Origin: an uncultured Gemmatimonadaceae bacterium
GTDB lineage: Bacteria > Gemmatimonadota > Gemmatimonadetes > Gemmatimonadales > GWC2-71-9
Direction: 5' to 3'
NCBI GenBank assembly: GCA_964638035.1
Contig: CAZWXD010000004.1
Span: 17,239 to 81,238, forward strand
DNA length: 64,000 nt
Below, piece by piece: positions 17,938 through 27,035 of the stretch (its first letter is position 1; each line of letters begins with the position of its first letter). The notes under the pieces are model-generated. The model saw only the letters and a list, made by a program, of their open reading frames with translations, was not told the DNA's origin and did not search any database. The position numbers were made by a program, and so were the translations under genes.

Positions 17938-19326
17938 TCAGAACTGGAAATAGAGGAACGGGCTCGGCCGGTTGCCCACGATCAGCGCCAGGGCAGCGCC
18001 GAACGCCGACGCCAGGGCAATGCGGCCCGGCCAGCGCCACTCGTGCCTCAGCTCGAAGGCATTGGGGCCCTTCATGGCCCACGCGGCGGCAATGCTCAGC
18101 GCCAGCACCACCAGCGGGAGCTGTGGAACCAGGGTGCCGGCCGTGGGCGTGAACATCGCGGAGAGCAGTCGGGCCGCCATGCCGAAGTCGGTGGACCGGA
18201 AGAACACCCAGCCCACCACCACCGCAAGGAACATCGCCAGTTGGCGTACCGTGGCCGGGAGGCGCGCCCACGTGGCCTCGTTGGCGCGGTGCAGGCCCAG
18301 CAGGACGCCATGGTATGCGCCCCAGAACACGAAGGTCCACGCCGCCCCGTGCCACAGGCCGCCGATCAGCATCGTCAGCATCAGGTTCCGGTAGGTCTGG
18401 AACGTCGTGCCGCGGTTCCCGCCGAAGGAGATGTACAGGTAGTCCCGCATGCAGGTGGACAGGGAGATGTGCCAGCGGCGCCAGAAGTCGGATGGGTCGA
18501 GCGCCTTGTACGGCGAGTTGAAGTTCTGCGGGATCCGCAGGCCGAACATGTAACCCAGGCCCACTGCCATCGTGCTGTACCCCGAGAAGTCGAAGTAGAG
18601 CTGGAAGGTGTACCCCAGCATGGTAAGCCAGGCTCCGCCGGTGGACAGCTCGGTGTACCGGGCCAGGGCCGGGTCCACGAACGCCGCCAGCGTGTCCGCC
18701 ATCACGACCTTCTCCACCATGCCCACGATGAAGAACGAGATGCCCCGGGTGAGCCATCGCGTCCGGTCGGCGCGACCCAGGGCCTCGAGGTCCTGCTCGA
18801 TCTGCCGGAAGCGCACGATGGGGCCGGCCACCAGCTGGGAGAAGAGCGAGACATACGCCGAGAACTCGAAGAAGTTCCGGGTGGGCCGGATGACGCCCCG
18901 GTAGGAGTCCACGATGTAGCTGATGGTGTGGAAGGTGTAGAACGAGATGCCGATCGGCAGGATGATGTTCAGGTGCGGGAGGTCCACCGGTTGGCCCAGC
19001 CACCCCGCGACCTGGTGGACGGTGTCCATCCCGAAGTTGGCATACTTGAAGAACCCGAGCAGCATCAGGTCTACCGTAATGGGCACCACCAGGCAGAGCT
19101 TCCGGTGCCGCGGGTCCGTCCAGCGCAGGAAACCCAGGCCCGCGAGGTAGCTGACCAGGGTCGAGAACAGCATCAGCAGCGTGAACCATGGGTTCCAGTA
19201 GCCATAGAACACGTACCCCGTCACCGTGAGCCAGACGTACCGGGCCCGGGCAGTGGGGAGCGCCCAGAACACCAGGTAGGTGACGGGCAGGAAGAGGAAG
19301 AGGAATTCGACGCTGTTGAAGAGCAT
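17938..19326 (-). CDS. MBOAT-family O-acyltransferase (AlgI/DltB-like).
   Basis: Track ORF 17938..19377. I place the start at ATG 19326 (MLFNSVEFLFLFLPV, the typical AlgI-type N-terminus). Multi-pass membrane protein with FWRRWHISLSTCMRDYLYISFGGNRG and LIGGLWHGAAW (the MBOAT histidine region). Confidence 0.9.
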   Translation of the reverse strand: MLFNSVEFLFLFLPVTYLVFWALPTARARYVWLTVTGYVFYGYWNPWFTLLMLFSTLVSYLAGLGFLRWTDPRHRKLCLVVPITVDLMLLGFFKYANFGMDTVHQVAGWLGQPVDLPHLNIILPIGISFYTFHTISYIVDSYRGVIRPTRNFFEFSAYVSLFSQLVAGPIVRFRQIEQDLEALGRADRTRWLTRGISFFIVGMVEKVVMADTLAAFVDPALARYTELSTGGAWLTMLGYTFQLYFDFSGYSTMAVGLGYMFGLRIPQNFNSPYKALDPSDFWRRWHISLSTCMRDYLYISFGGNRGTTFQTYRNLMLTMLIGGLWHGAAWTFVFWGAYHGVLLGLHRANEATWARLPATVRQLAMFLAVVVGWVFFRSTDFGMAARLLSAMFTPTAGTLVPQLPLVVLALSIAAAWAMKGPNAFELRHEWRWPGRIALASAFGAALALIVGNRPSPFLYFQF

Positions 19327-19580
19327 GGGCAGGAGGTTAGGGGGGTGGGGGAACCGGGAACAGGGTGCGTGGGGCAAGGCCCGTTCCCCCTTCCCGGTGC
19401 ACGGTGCCGGGCCGACAGGGGGCGCCGGGCATCGCGTCTCGCCGATTCTGTGGCATGTCGTCTACATTGCTACCCGTCGCGCGCCGGATTGAGTGTGCCT
19501 AAATACAGTCAGGACAACATGATAGGACAGTCGCCTCCGGCGCTCACGAGCGGCGGGATCCTTGCCTTGGCGGTAGCCCG

Positions 19581-20717
19581 ATGAATCTCCGCCGCTGGGG
19601 CGCCGTGCTGGCTGCCGTTCTCGGCTTCCTGGTGGCGTTCGAACTCACGGCCCGGGTCGAAGACTGGGTGCGCTACCGCATGCCCTTCGACTCCCCCTAC
19701 CGGTCAGAAGGCGACCTGGCGGTTCGGGACTCGCTGGGCGTACATGGGCGCCCCAATGCGCGATACCTCAAGTGGCAGATGAACTCACTCGGCCTGCGCG
19801 GCCCGGAGGTGACGGCGGCGCGGCCCGAGGGCGTGTTGCGCGTCGTCGTCGTGGGAGCGTCGGAAGCGTTCGGGCAGTCGGAATCGCCCGGCCAGGAGTT
19901 GCCGCGGCAGCTGGAGGACACCCTGCGCGCGCGGCTCATGGACATGGACGCGCCATGGACCGGCGTGCAGGTCATGAATGCTGCGTTTTTCGGGATGTCA
20001 TTGCCGACGGTCCTGCAGGATATCCAGCTTCGCCTCAGGCACTTCGAACCCCAGGTAATCGTGCTCTATCCGACGACCGCGCAGTACCTCGCCAACGAGC
20101 GTCCGGAGCCCAGCACCCCCGGGGCGGGCGCGGCGCCCGCCGTGGACCGGCGCATGGCCTGGTGGCCACGCTCACTGGCGCGGCTCCGCGAACAGCTCAA
20201 GCGGGTGACCCCGGCGTTCCTGCGCCAGTGGCGCTGGAACCGGGAGTATGCGGCAGCGGCTCGGGGCAGGCCGGATGGCTGGCAGTTTGAGGAAGTGCCT
20301 GCCGAGCGGCTTGCCGCGTTCGACGCCGACCTCCGGACCTTCGTGGGGACGGTGCGGAGCATCGGCGCCGCTCCGGTCATTGCCACGCATGCCAACCGGT
20401 TCGTGGGTGGTGCGGCCACGGATTCCTCGCTCCTCGACGCCTGGCAGCGCTTCTACCCGCGTGCCAGTGGCCCGGTCATCCTCGCGTTCGACTCGGCGGG
20501 CGCCCCGGTCACGGCGGGCGTGGCGCGCGACTCGAGCGTCCCCCTGGCAGACGTGCGGGAGGCGCTGTCCCGATGCGTGGAGTGCTTCGCAGACTATGCG
20601 CACCTGACCGATGAAGGTGCCGCCCGGGCGGCCTCCCGTGCAGCCGATGCCGTGCTGGCCGCGGCAGGCCTGGGGTCGCTCCTGGCGCCGCCACGCAGGG
20701 TGATGGCAGGTCCATGA
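19581..20717 (+). CDS. SGNH/GDSL-like hydrolase or acyltransferase partner protein, membrane-anchored.
   Basis: Track ORF of 378 aa. N-terminal TM segment. VVVVGASEAFG (block-I-like, GASE rather than GDS) and a C-terminal DYAHLTDEG (DxxH block). It is divergent from the MBOAT gene. Assignment is moderate. Confidence 0.55.
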   Translation: MNLRRWGAVLAAVLGFLVAFELTARVEDWVRYRMPFDSPYRSEGDLAVRDSLGVHGRPNARYLKWQMNSLGLRGPEVTAARPEGVLRVVVVGASEAFGQSESPGQELPRQLEDTLRARLMDMDAPWTGVQVMNAAFFGMSLPTVLQDIQLRLRHFEPQVIVLYPTTAQYLANERPEPSTPGAGAAPAVDRRMAWWPRSLARLREQLKRVTPAFLRQWRWNREYAAAARGRPDGWQFEEVPAERLAAFDADLRTFVGTVRSIGAAPVIATHANRFVGGAATDSSLLDAWQRFYPRASGPVILAFDSAGAPVTAGVARDSSVPLADVREALSRCVECFADYAHLTDEGAARAASRAADAVLAAAGLGSLLAPPRRVMAGP

Positions 20718-22213
20718 GCGCCCCGGCCCACGCCTTCCCCTCCACCACGCTTGCGGGGCCGCGGTCGCGCACCATGCGCGCCCGCGACCTGCTCCGCATC
20801 CACCTCGACCCGATGCGGCTGTCGGTGTGCCTCCTGATCGTGATGATGGTGAGCCGCATCCACCAGTACATCCCGGTGCTGGCCAAGGCGCGTCCGCTCG
20901 TCGTCCTCACCTTCGTCGTCTCAGCCTACGCCTTCGGCAACCCGCGGCTCCTCACCCGCGACAGCCTCTTCGCCACCTGGCCTGCCCGGGTGCTCGCGTG
21001 GCTGCTGGTCATGGCCTGCCTCTCGGTGCCGTTCGCCCTGTCGCTCGGCAACTCGGGGAAGTTCGTGCTCGAGGTGTACGTCAAGAACATGGCCCTGGCC
21101 TTCATCATCATTGCCAGCGCCCGGTCCACCCGCGACCTGTACGCCTTTTGCTGGGCCTATGTGGTGGGGGCGCTGATCCTGACGTACTACGCCCTGTTCT
21201 TCTTCGACCTGGCCCGGTATGGGAGCACCTTCAGCTACCAGCGCCTGGCCGGCCTCGCCACCTGGGACGCGAACGATGTCGTGCTGGTGCTGATGATCGC
21301 GCTGGCCTGCACCTTGTACGTGCTGCAGGTGGCGAGGGGGGCTGGAAAGGTCGTCGCCGTGGTTGCCCTGGTTGGCATTGGTGCGACCGTGGCACGGAGC
21401 GGGTCGCGCGGCGGCCTCATCGGGCTCGTCGCGGTTGGTGTGGCCCTGCTCTTCCTGGGCGGCGGGATCAGCATGGGACGGCGGGCGGCCATGATTGGCG
21501 TGGTGGCGCTGGGCCTGGCCCTCTGGAGCCCGCAGGGGTACTGGGAGCAGATGAAGACCATCCTCTCCCCGACCGACGACTACAACTACAGCTCCAAGGA
21601 CGGCCGCAAGGAGCTGGCACGGCGTGGCATGCAATACATGCTGAGCCGCCCCCTGACCGGGCTGGGCATCGGCAACTTCGAGAAGGCGGAGTGCGAGATC
21701 TCGGAGAAGGCGAAGAACACGCCCGCGGGCCACGGCATTCGCTGCACCCCCCCGCACAACTCGTTCGTCCAGGCCGGTGCGGAGATGGGGATTCCCGGGC
21801 TCCTGCTCTGGTCGTCCATCCCGATCCTCGGCATCGTGTCGCTCTTGCGGCTCCGCAAGCGGCTGCCGGCACGCTGGGCCAATGGAACGCGGGAGGAGCG
21901 CTTCCTCAAGCTGGGCGGGCCGTACCTGGCTATCGCATGCGTGGGGTTCACGGCCACGGCATTCTTCCTGAACTTCGCGTGGCTGGAGCCATACTACGTG
22001 CTGGCTGCCTTCATCGCGGCGTACATGGCCCTGGCGGAACGGCGCGCCGCGGAACAGCTGGTGGCGGAGCGCGAGGGTGCGCTCGTGGCCGCGGTGCCCG
22101 TCGCGCCCCTGGACACCACGCCGGCGCCGATCGCTCCCGGCCAGGCTCGCTACCCGCGCCCCCTCCGCGTGCTGCCCGCGGCGCGCCTCCGGCCCGGTGA
22201 CATGGACGCCTGA
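20714..22213 (+). CDS. O-antigen ligase/polymerase-like (Wzy_C) membrane protein.
   Basis: Track ORF of 499 aa with about 10 hydrophobic segments. ARSGSRGGLIGLVAVGVALLFL and a large loop with PPHNSFVQAGAEMGIPG. ATGA overlap with the upstream gene. Confidence 0.75.
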   Translation: MSAPAHAFPSTTLAGPRSRTMRARDLLRIHLDPMRLSVCLLIVMMVSRIHQYIPVLAKARPLVVLTFVVSAYAFGNPRLLTRDSLFATWPARVLAWLLVMACLSVPFALSLGNSGKFVLEVYVKNMALAFIIIASARSTRDLYAFCWAYVVGALILTYYALFFFDLARYGSTFSYQRLAGLATWDANDVVLVLMIALACTLYVLQVARGAGKVVAVVALVGIGATVARSGSRGGLIGLVAVGVALLFLGGGISMGRRAAMIGVVALGLALWSPQGYWEQMKTILSPTDDYNYSSKDGRKELARRGMQYMLSRPLTGLGIGNFEKAECEISEKAKNTPAGHGIRCTPPHNSFVQAGAEMGIPGLLLWSSIPILGIVSLLRLRKRLPARWANGTREERFLKLGGPYLAIACVGFTATAFFLNFAWLEPYYVLAAFIAAYMALAERRAAEQLVAEREGALVAAVPVAPLDTTPAPIAPGQARYPRPLRVLPAARLRPGDMDA

Positions 22214-23394
22214 TGCAGGGGACGGTGCTGGTGACCGATGGCGAGGAGCGCGCTGCGCTGGCCATCGTCCGTTCGCTGGGAAGGGCAGGGTGGCGCGTGG
22301 TCGTGGTGTCATCGTCGACCACGTCCCTTGCAGGATGCTCGCGCTTCGCGACATCGCACGTCACCGCGCCCAACCCGCTCACCGATCCCGCGGGCTTCGC
22401 CGCGGGAGTCGTGACACTGGCACGCACCCTGGGCGCGCGGTTCGTCATCCCCGTGGGAGAGGCGGCCCTGCTCTCGCTGCTCGAACGGCGCGAGGACCTC
22501 CCGGTCGGGGCCATTCCGTGGCCCGCGATCGAGCAGGTGCGCGCCATCTGCGACAAGGCGCGCGTGCTGGCTGCCGCAGCGCCCCTCGGCATCTGCATTC
22601 CCCGGCAGGTTGCCATGCACTCCCGCGCCGATGCCGATACCCTGGAGGGAGCCGCATTGCCCGTCGTCATCAAGCCGGCCCGCTCGGTGGCCGGCGCCCC
22701 GGGCGGGCGCCAGAAGTTCGGCGTGAGCCACGCGGCGACGCCCGCCCAGCTGCGGGCGGCGATTGCGGCGCTTCCCGACGCTGCCTTCCCGGTCCTGGTG
22801 CAGGAGCGGGTCGTTGGACCGGGCATTGGCATCTTCGTCCTGCGCTGGGATGGCGCGGTGCGGGCTGCCTTCAGCCACCAGCGCATTCGCGAGAAGCCCC
22901 CTGCGGGCGGCGTGAGCGTCTACCGCGAGGCGATCGCCCTCGACCCGGCGCTGCTCCAGCGATCGCTCCGGTTGCTGGAGGCGTTCGACTGGCAGGGCGT
23001 GGCCATGGTGGAGTACAAGGTGAACCAGGAGACCGGCGTGCCGGTGCTGATGGAGATCAACGGACGGTTCTGGGGCTCGTTGCAACTCGCGGTCGATGCG
23101 GGCGTGGACTTCCCGGCCCTGCTGCTGGCGTGCGCCACCGGCGCACCGCCGGCGGAAGCCGCAGGGTACCGCGCCGGCGGCAGGCTTCGCTGGTGGTGGG
23201 GCGACGTGGACCACCTGCTTGCCCGGCTTCGCCGCTCACCTGCGGCGCTCGGGCTCCCGCCGGGGGCTCCCGGACGGTGGCAGGTGCTGCGTGACGTCCT
23301 CCGGCGGGATCCGGCCAGCCAGCCGGAGACCTGGCGCAGGGACGACCCGGCGCCCTTTCGGCACGAAACCCTCCGATGGCTGCGAGGCGCATGA
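22213..23394 (+). CDS. ATP-grasp family ligase.
   Basis: Track ORF of 393 aa: VLVTDGEERAALAIVRSLGRAG, PVVIKPARS, VLVQERVVGPGIGIF, GVAMVEYKV...VLMEINGRFWGSL. Overlaps the upstream stop (TGATG). Confidence 0.8.
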   Translation: MQGTVLVTDGEERAALAIVRSLGRAGWRVVVVSSSTTSLAGCSRFATSHVTAPNPLTDPAGFAAGVVTLARTLGARFVIPVGEAALLSLLERREDLPVGAIPWPAIEQVRAICDKARVLAAAAPLGICIPRQVAMHSRADADTLEGAALPVVIKPARSVAGAPGGRQKFGVSHAATPAQLRAAIAALPDAAFPVLVQERVVGPGIGIFVLRWDGAVRAAFSHQRIREKPPAGGVSVYREAIALDPALLQRSLRLLEAFDWQGVAMVEYKVNQETGVPVLMEINGRFWGSLQLAVDAGVDFPALLLACATGAPPAEAAGYRAGGRLRWWWGDVDHLLARLRRSPAALGLPPGAPGRWQVLRDVLRRDPASQPETWRRDDPAPFRHETLRWLRGA

Positions 23395-24428
23395 CTGACA
23401 CGGTGTCTGTTGTCATACCGACCTACAACCGCGGCGACCTGATCGCCGAGACGATCCGGTCGGTCCTGGCGCAGACGGTGGCGCCGGTGGAAGTGATCGT
23501 GGTGGATGACGGGTCCACCGACGATACCCGCAGCGCGGTGGCGGCCTTTGCACCCCGGGTCCGGTATGTCGCCAAGCAGAACGGCGGGGTGTCCGCCGCG
23601 CGGAACCACGGCGCCGAGCTGGCCACTGGCAGGTGGCTGGCTTTCACGGACTCCGACGACCTCTGGCACCCCCGCAAGCTGGAGGTGCAGCTAGCCGCCC
23701 TGGCGGCGGCGCGCGGGGCGCGCTGGTCGCTGACCGGGTGCGATGTCATTGACCCGGCGGGTCGGCCATTTCCGGGGCCGCAGGGGTGGACGGGTGTCTT
23801 CAGCGTGTTCGATGCGGAAGGGATGGACCCTGCTCGCTTCTTCGCCAGCTACCTGGAACCCCTCCCGGTTCGCATTGGAAGCGACGAGTTCTCCGCCTGG
23901 CATGGCGATGCGTGGGAGGCGCTCTTCCTCGGCAACTTCGGGCTGCCGTCATCGGCCATGGTGGAGGCGCAGTTCTTCCGGGAGCTGGGCGGGTTCCGGC
24001 CGGACTTCAGGGTGGCCGAGGAGACCGAGTTCTTCCATCGGGCAGCGGCGGCTGCACCCCTCGCCCTCATCGATTTTCCACTCGTGTCGTACCGCCGCGG
24101 CCTCGGAGGCTCCCTGATCTCGGGGCCCAACGCCACCCGGCTCGTCGAGAATGCGTTGCGCAGCCTGGGCCAGGCGGCGACCCTGCGCCCGGCGCCAGGC
24201 CTCCGGGCCCGGGCGAACCTCGAGGCGGGCCGGCGCAGGCTGTACGAGAAGCTTGCCTGGGTCCAGTTCACCAACCTGGCTGGCCGCGATGCGCGCCGCA
24301 CCCTGCATGCGGCATGGAGTGCTGGTGTTCCGCGACGGGCCGGCACGCTGGCGCTCTACCTCGCGAGCCTGGTGCCGGCGCCGGCGCTTGGTGCGGTGGC
24401 TTCACTCAAGCGGGCGCTCCGGCCATGA
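23391..24428 (+). CDS. Family-2 glycosyltransferase.
   Basis: Track ORF 23376..24428. ATG 23391 overlaps the ATP-grasp stop (ATGA). VSVVIPTYNRGDLIAETIRSVLAQT, VIVVDDGSTDDT, AFTDSDDLWHP. Confidence 0.85.
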   Translation: MTDTVSVVIPTYNRGDLIAETIRSVLAQTVAPVEVIVVDDGSTDDTRSAVAAFAPRVRYVAKQNGGVSAARNHGAELATGRWLAFTDSDDLWHPRKLEVQLAALAAARGARWSLTGCDVIDPAGRPFPGPQGWTGVFSVFDAEGMDPARFFASYLEPLPVRIGSDEFSAWHGDAWEALFLGNFGLPSSAMVEAQFFRELGGFRPDFRVAEETEFFHRAAAAAPLALIDFPLVSYRRGLGGSLISGPNATRLVENALRSLGQAATLRPAPGLRARANLEAGRRRLYEKLAWVQFTNLAGRDARRTLHAAWSAGVPRRAGTLALYLASLVPAPALGAVASLKRALRP

Positions 24429-25531
24429 GCAGGGTCCGGCCGCGTCGCATAGCGCTGATGCTCGAGTCCGATGGGCCCGGCGGGGCGGAGACCGTGCTGG
24501 TGCAGGTCGCTGAAGAACTCCGGCGGCGCGGGCACCATGTCGTGGCGATCGGGCCCGCGAACGGGTGCGGGATCCTGGGGGGAGTGCTGCGGGAGCGCGG
24601 CTTTGCAACCGACGTGTTCCACCTCGCCCGGCCCCTCGACCCCGTGTGCCTTGTCCGGCTCCGCGGCACGCTGCAGCAGCATGGCATCGAGGTGGTGCAC
24701 AGCCATGAGTTCACCATGGCCATCTACGGGGCGGCCGCAGCCCGCTGGCTCGGCATCCCGCACGTGGTCACCATGCACGGGAGCCAGACGGCGTTCACGG
24801 CGTGGCGGCGGCGCGCTGCCCTGCGCCTGGCGTTCCGGGCGAGCCGGGCCACGGTGGCGGTGTCGCGGGCCACGGAAGCGTACATGACGCGGGTGATGGG
24901 AGCACGACCGGGCGAGTACCTCACCATCCCGAATGGCGTGGCGGTGACACCGGGACGGCGCGAGCCGCTGCGCGCCGAGCTTGGCCTCGCACCGACCGAC
25001 CGGCTGGTGGTGGCCGTGGGCAACCTCTCACGGCGCAAGGGGCACATCGTGCTGCTCCGCGCCCTGGCAGGCATCGACCCGGCGCGCGCCTCGTGGCATG
25101 TGGCCATTGCCGGCCGGGGCGACGAGGAGGCGGCGCTCCGGGCGTATGCCGGTGAGGCGGGGATTGCGGAGCGCGTCCACCTGCTGGGCCACCGGAGCGA
25201 CATCCCCGACGTGCTCGCCGCGGCAGATGCCTACGCCATGCCCTCGCTCTGGGAAGGGCTTCCGATGGCGTTGCTGGAGGCGATGTTTGCCCGGAAGCCC
25301 ATCGTCGCCTCACGTACCGAGGGCATCCCCGAGGCTATCGACCACGGGGTGCACGGGTTGCTGGTGGAGCCGGGCTCGGAGGAAGGGCTGCGTGCCGCGC
25401 TCGACACCGTGCTCATCGACCAGGTGGCCGGGGAACGGCTGGCGCAGGCGGCGCTCGAGCGGGCGCAGCGCGAGTTCAGTGCGGCGGCGATGGTGGATGC
25501 CTATGAACGGGCCTACGGGATCCGCGACTGA
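24425..25531 (+). CDS. Family-4 (GT-B) glycosyltransferase.
   Basis: Tail of track ORF 23786..25531. ATG 24425 overlaps the upstream stop (ATGA). IALMLESDGPGGAE, VGNLSRRKGH, MPSLWEGLPMALLEAMFARKPIVASRTEGIPE (the E-x7-E region). Confidence 0.85.
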   Translation: MSRVRPRRIALMLESDGPGGAETVLVQVAEELRRRGHHVVAIGPANGCGILGGVLRERGFATDVFHLARPLDPVCLVRLRGTLQQHGIEVVHSHEFTMAIYGAAAARWLGIPHVVTMHGSQTAFTAWRRRAALRLAFRASRATVAVSRATEAYMTRVMGARPGEYLTIPNGVAVTPGRREPLRAELGLAPTDRLVVAVGNLSRRKGHIVLLRALAGIDPARASWHVAIAGRGDEEAALRAYAGEAGIAERVHLLGHRSDIPDVLAAADAYAMPSLWEGLPMALLEAMFARKPIVASRTEGIPEAIDHGVHGLLVEPGSEEGLRAALDTVLIDQVAGERLAQAALERAQREFSAAAMVDAYERAYGIRD

Positions 25532-25532
25532 C

Positions 25533-27035
25533 CTAGCCGGTGGCGAGCTTCCACGCCTCCGAGGGTGAACGGAGGAGCTGGCGCACCAGGGCCCGGTCGT
25601 CAGCGTGCAGCACCAGCGCGTAGGTGAGCAGCGCATAGCCCAGGATGATCGCGGCCCCGAGCAGCCCCTGTGCCACGACGCCCTGTACAGGGATGAGCCA
25701 GGCGACCACGCCAGCCGCGCCGCCAAGTAGCACCAGCCGGAACGGCCGTGCCAGCTCCCACGCAATTGGCCAGAGCTTGCGTGACCACCGGTAGGTGAGG
25801 CTCGCGCGGAGCGTCATCCCGAGCACGGTGGCGATCGCCGCACCCATGGGGCCCCAGAGCGGCACCAGCACCGCATAGAGTGCCATCACCACCACTACCG
25901 ACACCCACGTGGCGTAGGTGGAATAGCGGGTCTTCTCGCTTACGTCGATGCTGAACCGGAAGGCCTCGTTCCACGCCTCCGCCACGTAGGCGAGCAGGAT
26001 GACCGGCACGAGCTGCGCCGCGGGGTGAAACGGGGGCGTGGTCATGAGGGTGATCACGGGCCGGATGAGCACCGCAATGCCGGCCGCCACGGTGACCACG
26101 AGCAGGTTGAGGTACAGGAAGCCCCGGTTGTAGCGGGCGTCGCGCTCTGCCTGCGGCAGCCTCGTGATCTGGTGCCTGTGGGGGTTCCAGGCGTTGAGGA
26201 AGGGTGTGGCGCCAATCTGCTGCAGCAGGAAGCCGAACTGGTACGCCATCCCGTACAGCCCCACGGCCGTGATGCCCGGGCCCGCCTGCAGGAAGAAGCG
26301 GTCCCCGAAGGTGAGCAGGAAGCTCCCCGCCCAGGTGAGCTGGTAGGGCACGCCAAACCGCCGGAGGTCGCGCACGATCACCCGATCGAGCCGAACGCCG
26401 GTCTCGCGGAACAGGCGGTACGTCAGGACGCTGCCCAGGACGAGGCAGGTGACGAAGGTGCTCCAGAGGAGGCCGGCCGGGCCCAGCCGGAAGTGCACGA
26501 TGAAGAGGATGTTGAGCCCGAGTTGCAGCACCAGCTTGGCGAGGGCCACCGAGACGAAGAAGCGTGGCTTCTGCCGGGTTTGCGCCACGGCCTGCGGCAG
26601 GAACACCAGCATGCCAAGGAAGAAGTTCGCCGCCGCCAGGGTCACGTACCATGGGGCGCCGGCGCCCTTGAGTCCGTACTTCCAGATGGCCGGCGAAAGC
26701 GCCGACAGGGCGATCGCGCCGAACGCGGCAAGGCCCAGCGTCAGGAGGAAGAGGGTGGAAATGAGCCGGCGACGCTCATCCTCGTCGTGGGTCTTGTAGT
26801 AGAACCGCTGGAGGCCCGCGCTGGTGCCGGCGGTGAACACGATGGCGGTGAGGTCCACGCTCAGGTCGAGGAGCGCGATGAGGCCATAGTCTGCCGGCGA
26901 CAGGAAGCGGGTGTAGACCGGCAGCATGAGGAAGCTGACGGCCCGGCCCAGCACCACGCCAAGCCCGTAGAGGGCCGTCTCGCGGCCCAGGCGACGAAAG
27001 GATGTGGCGGAACTCAGGAGCGGGCGCCCTCGCAC
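25533..27035 (-). CDS. Wzx-like polysaccharide flippase (MOP superfamily).
   Basis: Track ORF of 500 aa with about 12-14 hydrophobic segments. The N-terminus LYGLGVVLGRAVSFLMLPVYTRFLSPADYG is typical of polysaccharide biosynthesis (Wzx) proteins. Confidence 0.8.
   Translation of the reverse strand: MRGRPLLSSATSFRRLGRETALYGLGVVLGRAVSFLMLPVYTRFLSPADYGLIALLDLSVDLTAIVFTAGTSAGLQRFYYKTHDEDERRRLISTLFLLTLGLAAFGAIALSALSPAIWKYGLKGAGAPWYVTLAAANFFLGMLVFLPQAVAQTRQKPRFFVSVALAKLVLQLGLNILFIVHFRLGPAGLLWSTFVTCLVLGSVLTYRLFRETGVRLDRVIVRDLRRFGVPYQLTWAGSFLLTFGDRFFLQAGPGITAVGLYGMAYQFGFLLQQIGATPFLNAWNPHRHQITRLPQAERDARYNRGFLYLNLLVVTVAAGIAVLIRPVITLMTTPPFHPAAQLVPVILLAYVAEAWNEAFRFSIDVSEKTRYSTYATWVSVVVVMALYAVLVPLWGPMGAAIATVLGMTLRASLTYRWSRKLWPIAWELARPFRLVLLGGAAGVVAWLIPVQGVVAQGLLGAAIILGYALLTYALVLHADDRALVRQLLRSPSEAWKLATG

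Noticed and set aside
19451-19470. TGGCATGTCGTCTACATTGC, a sigma-54-like motif in the MBOAT/SGNH divergent region.
   Set aside because: GG and GC are 15 nt apart instead of 10, which is too far from the required geometry.
17797-19584. 595-aa plus-strand ORF.
   Set aside because: It is antisense to the MBOAT and NodB genes, has Arg/Gly/His/Pro-rich low-complexity composition, and carries no motifs.
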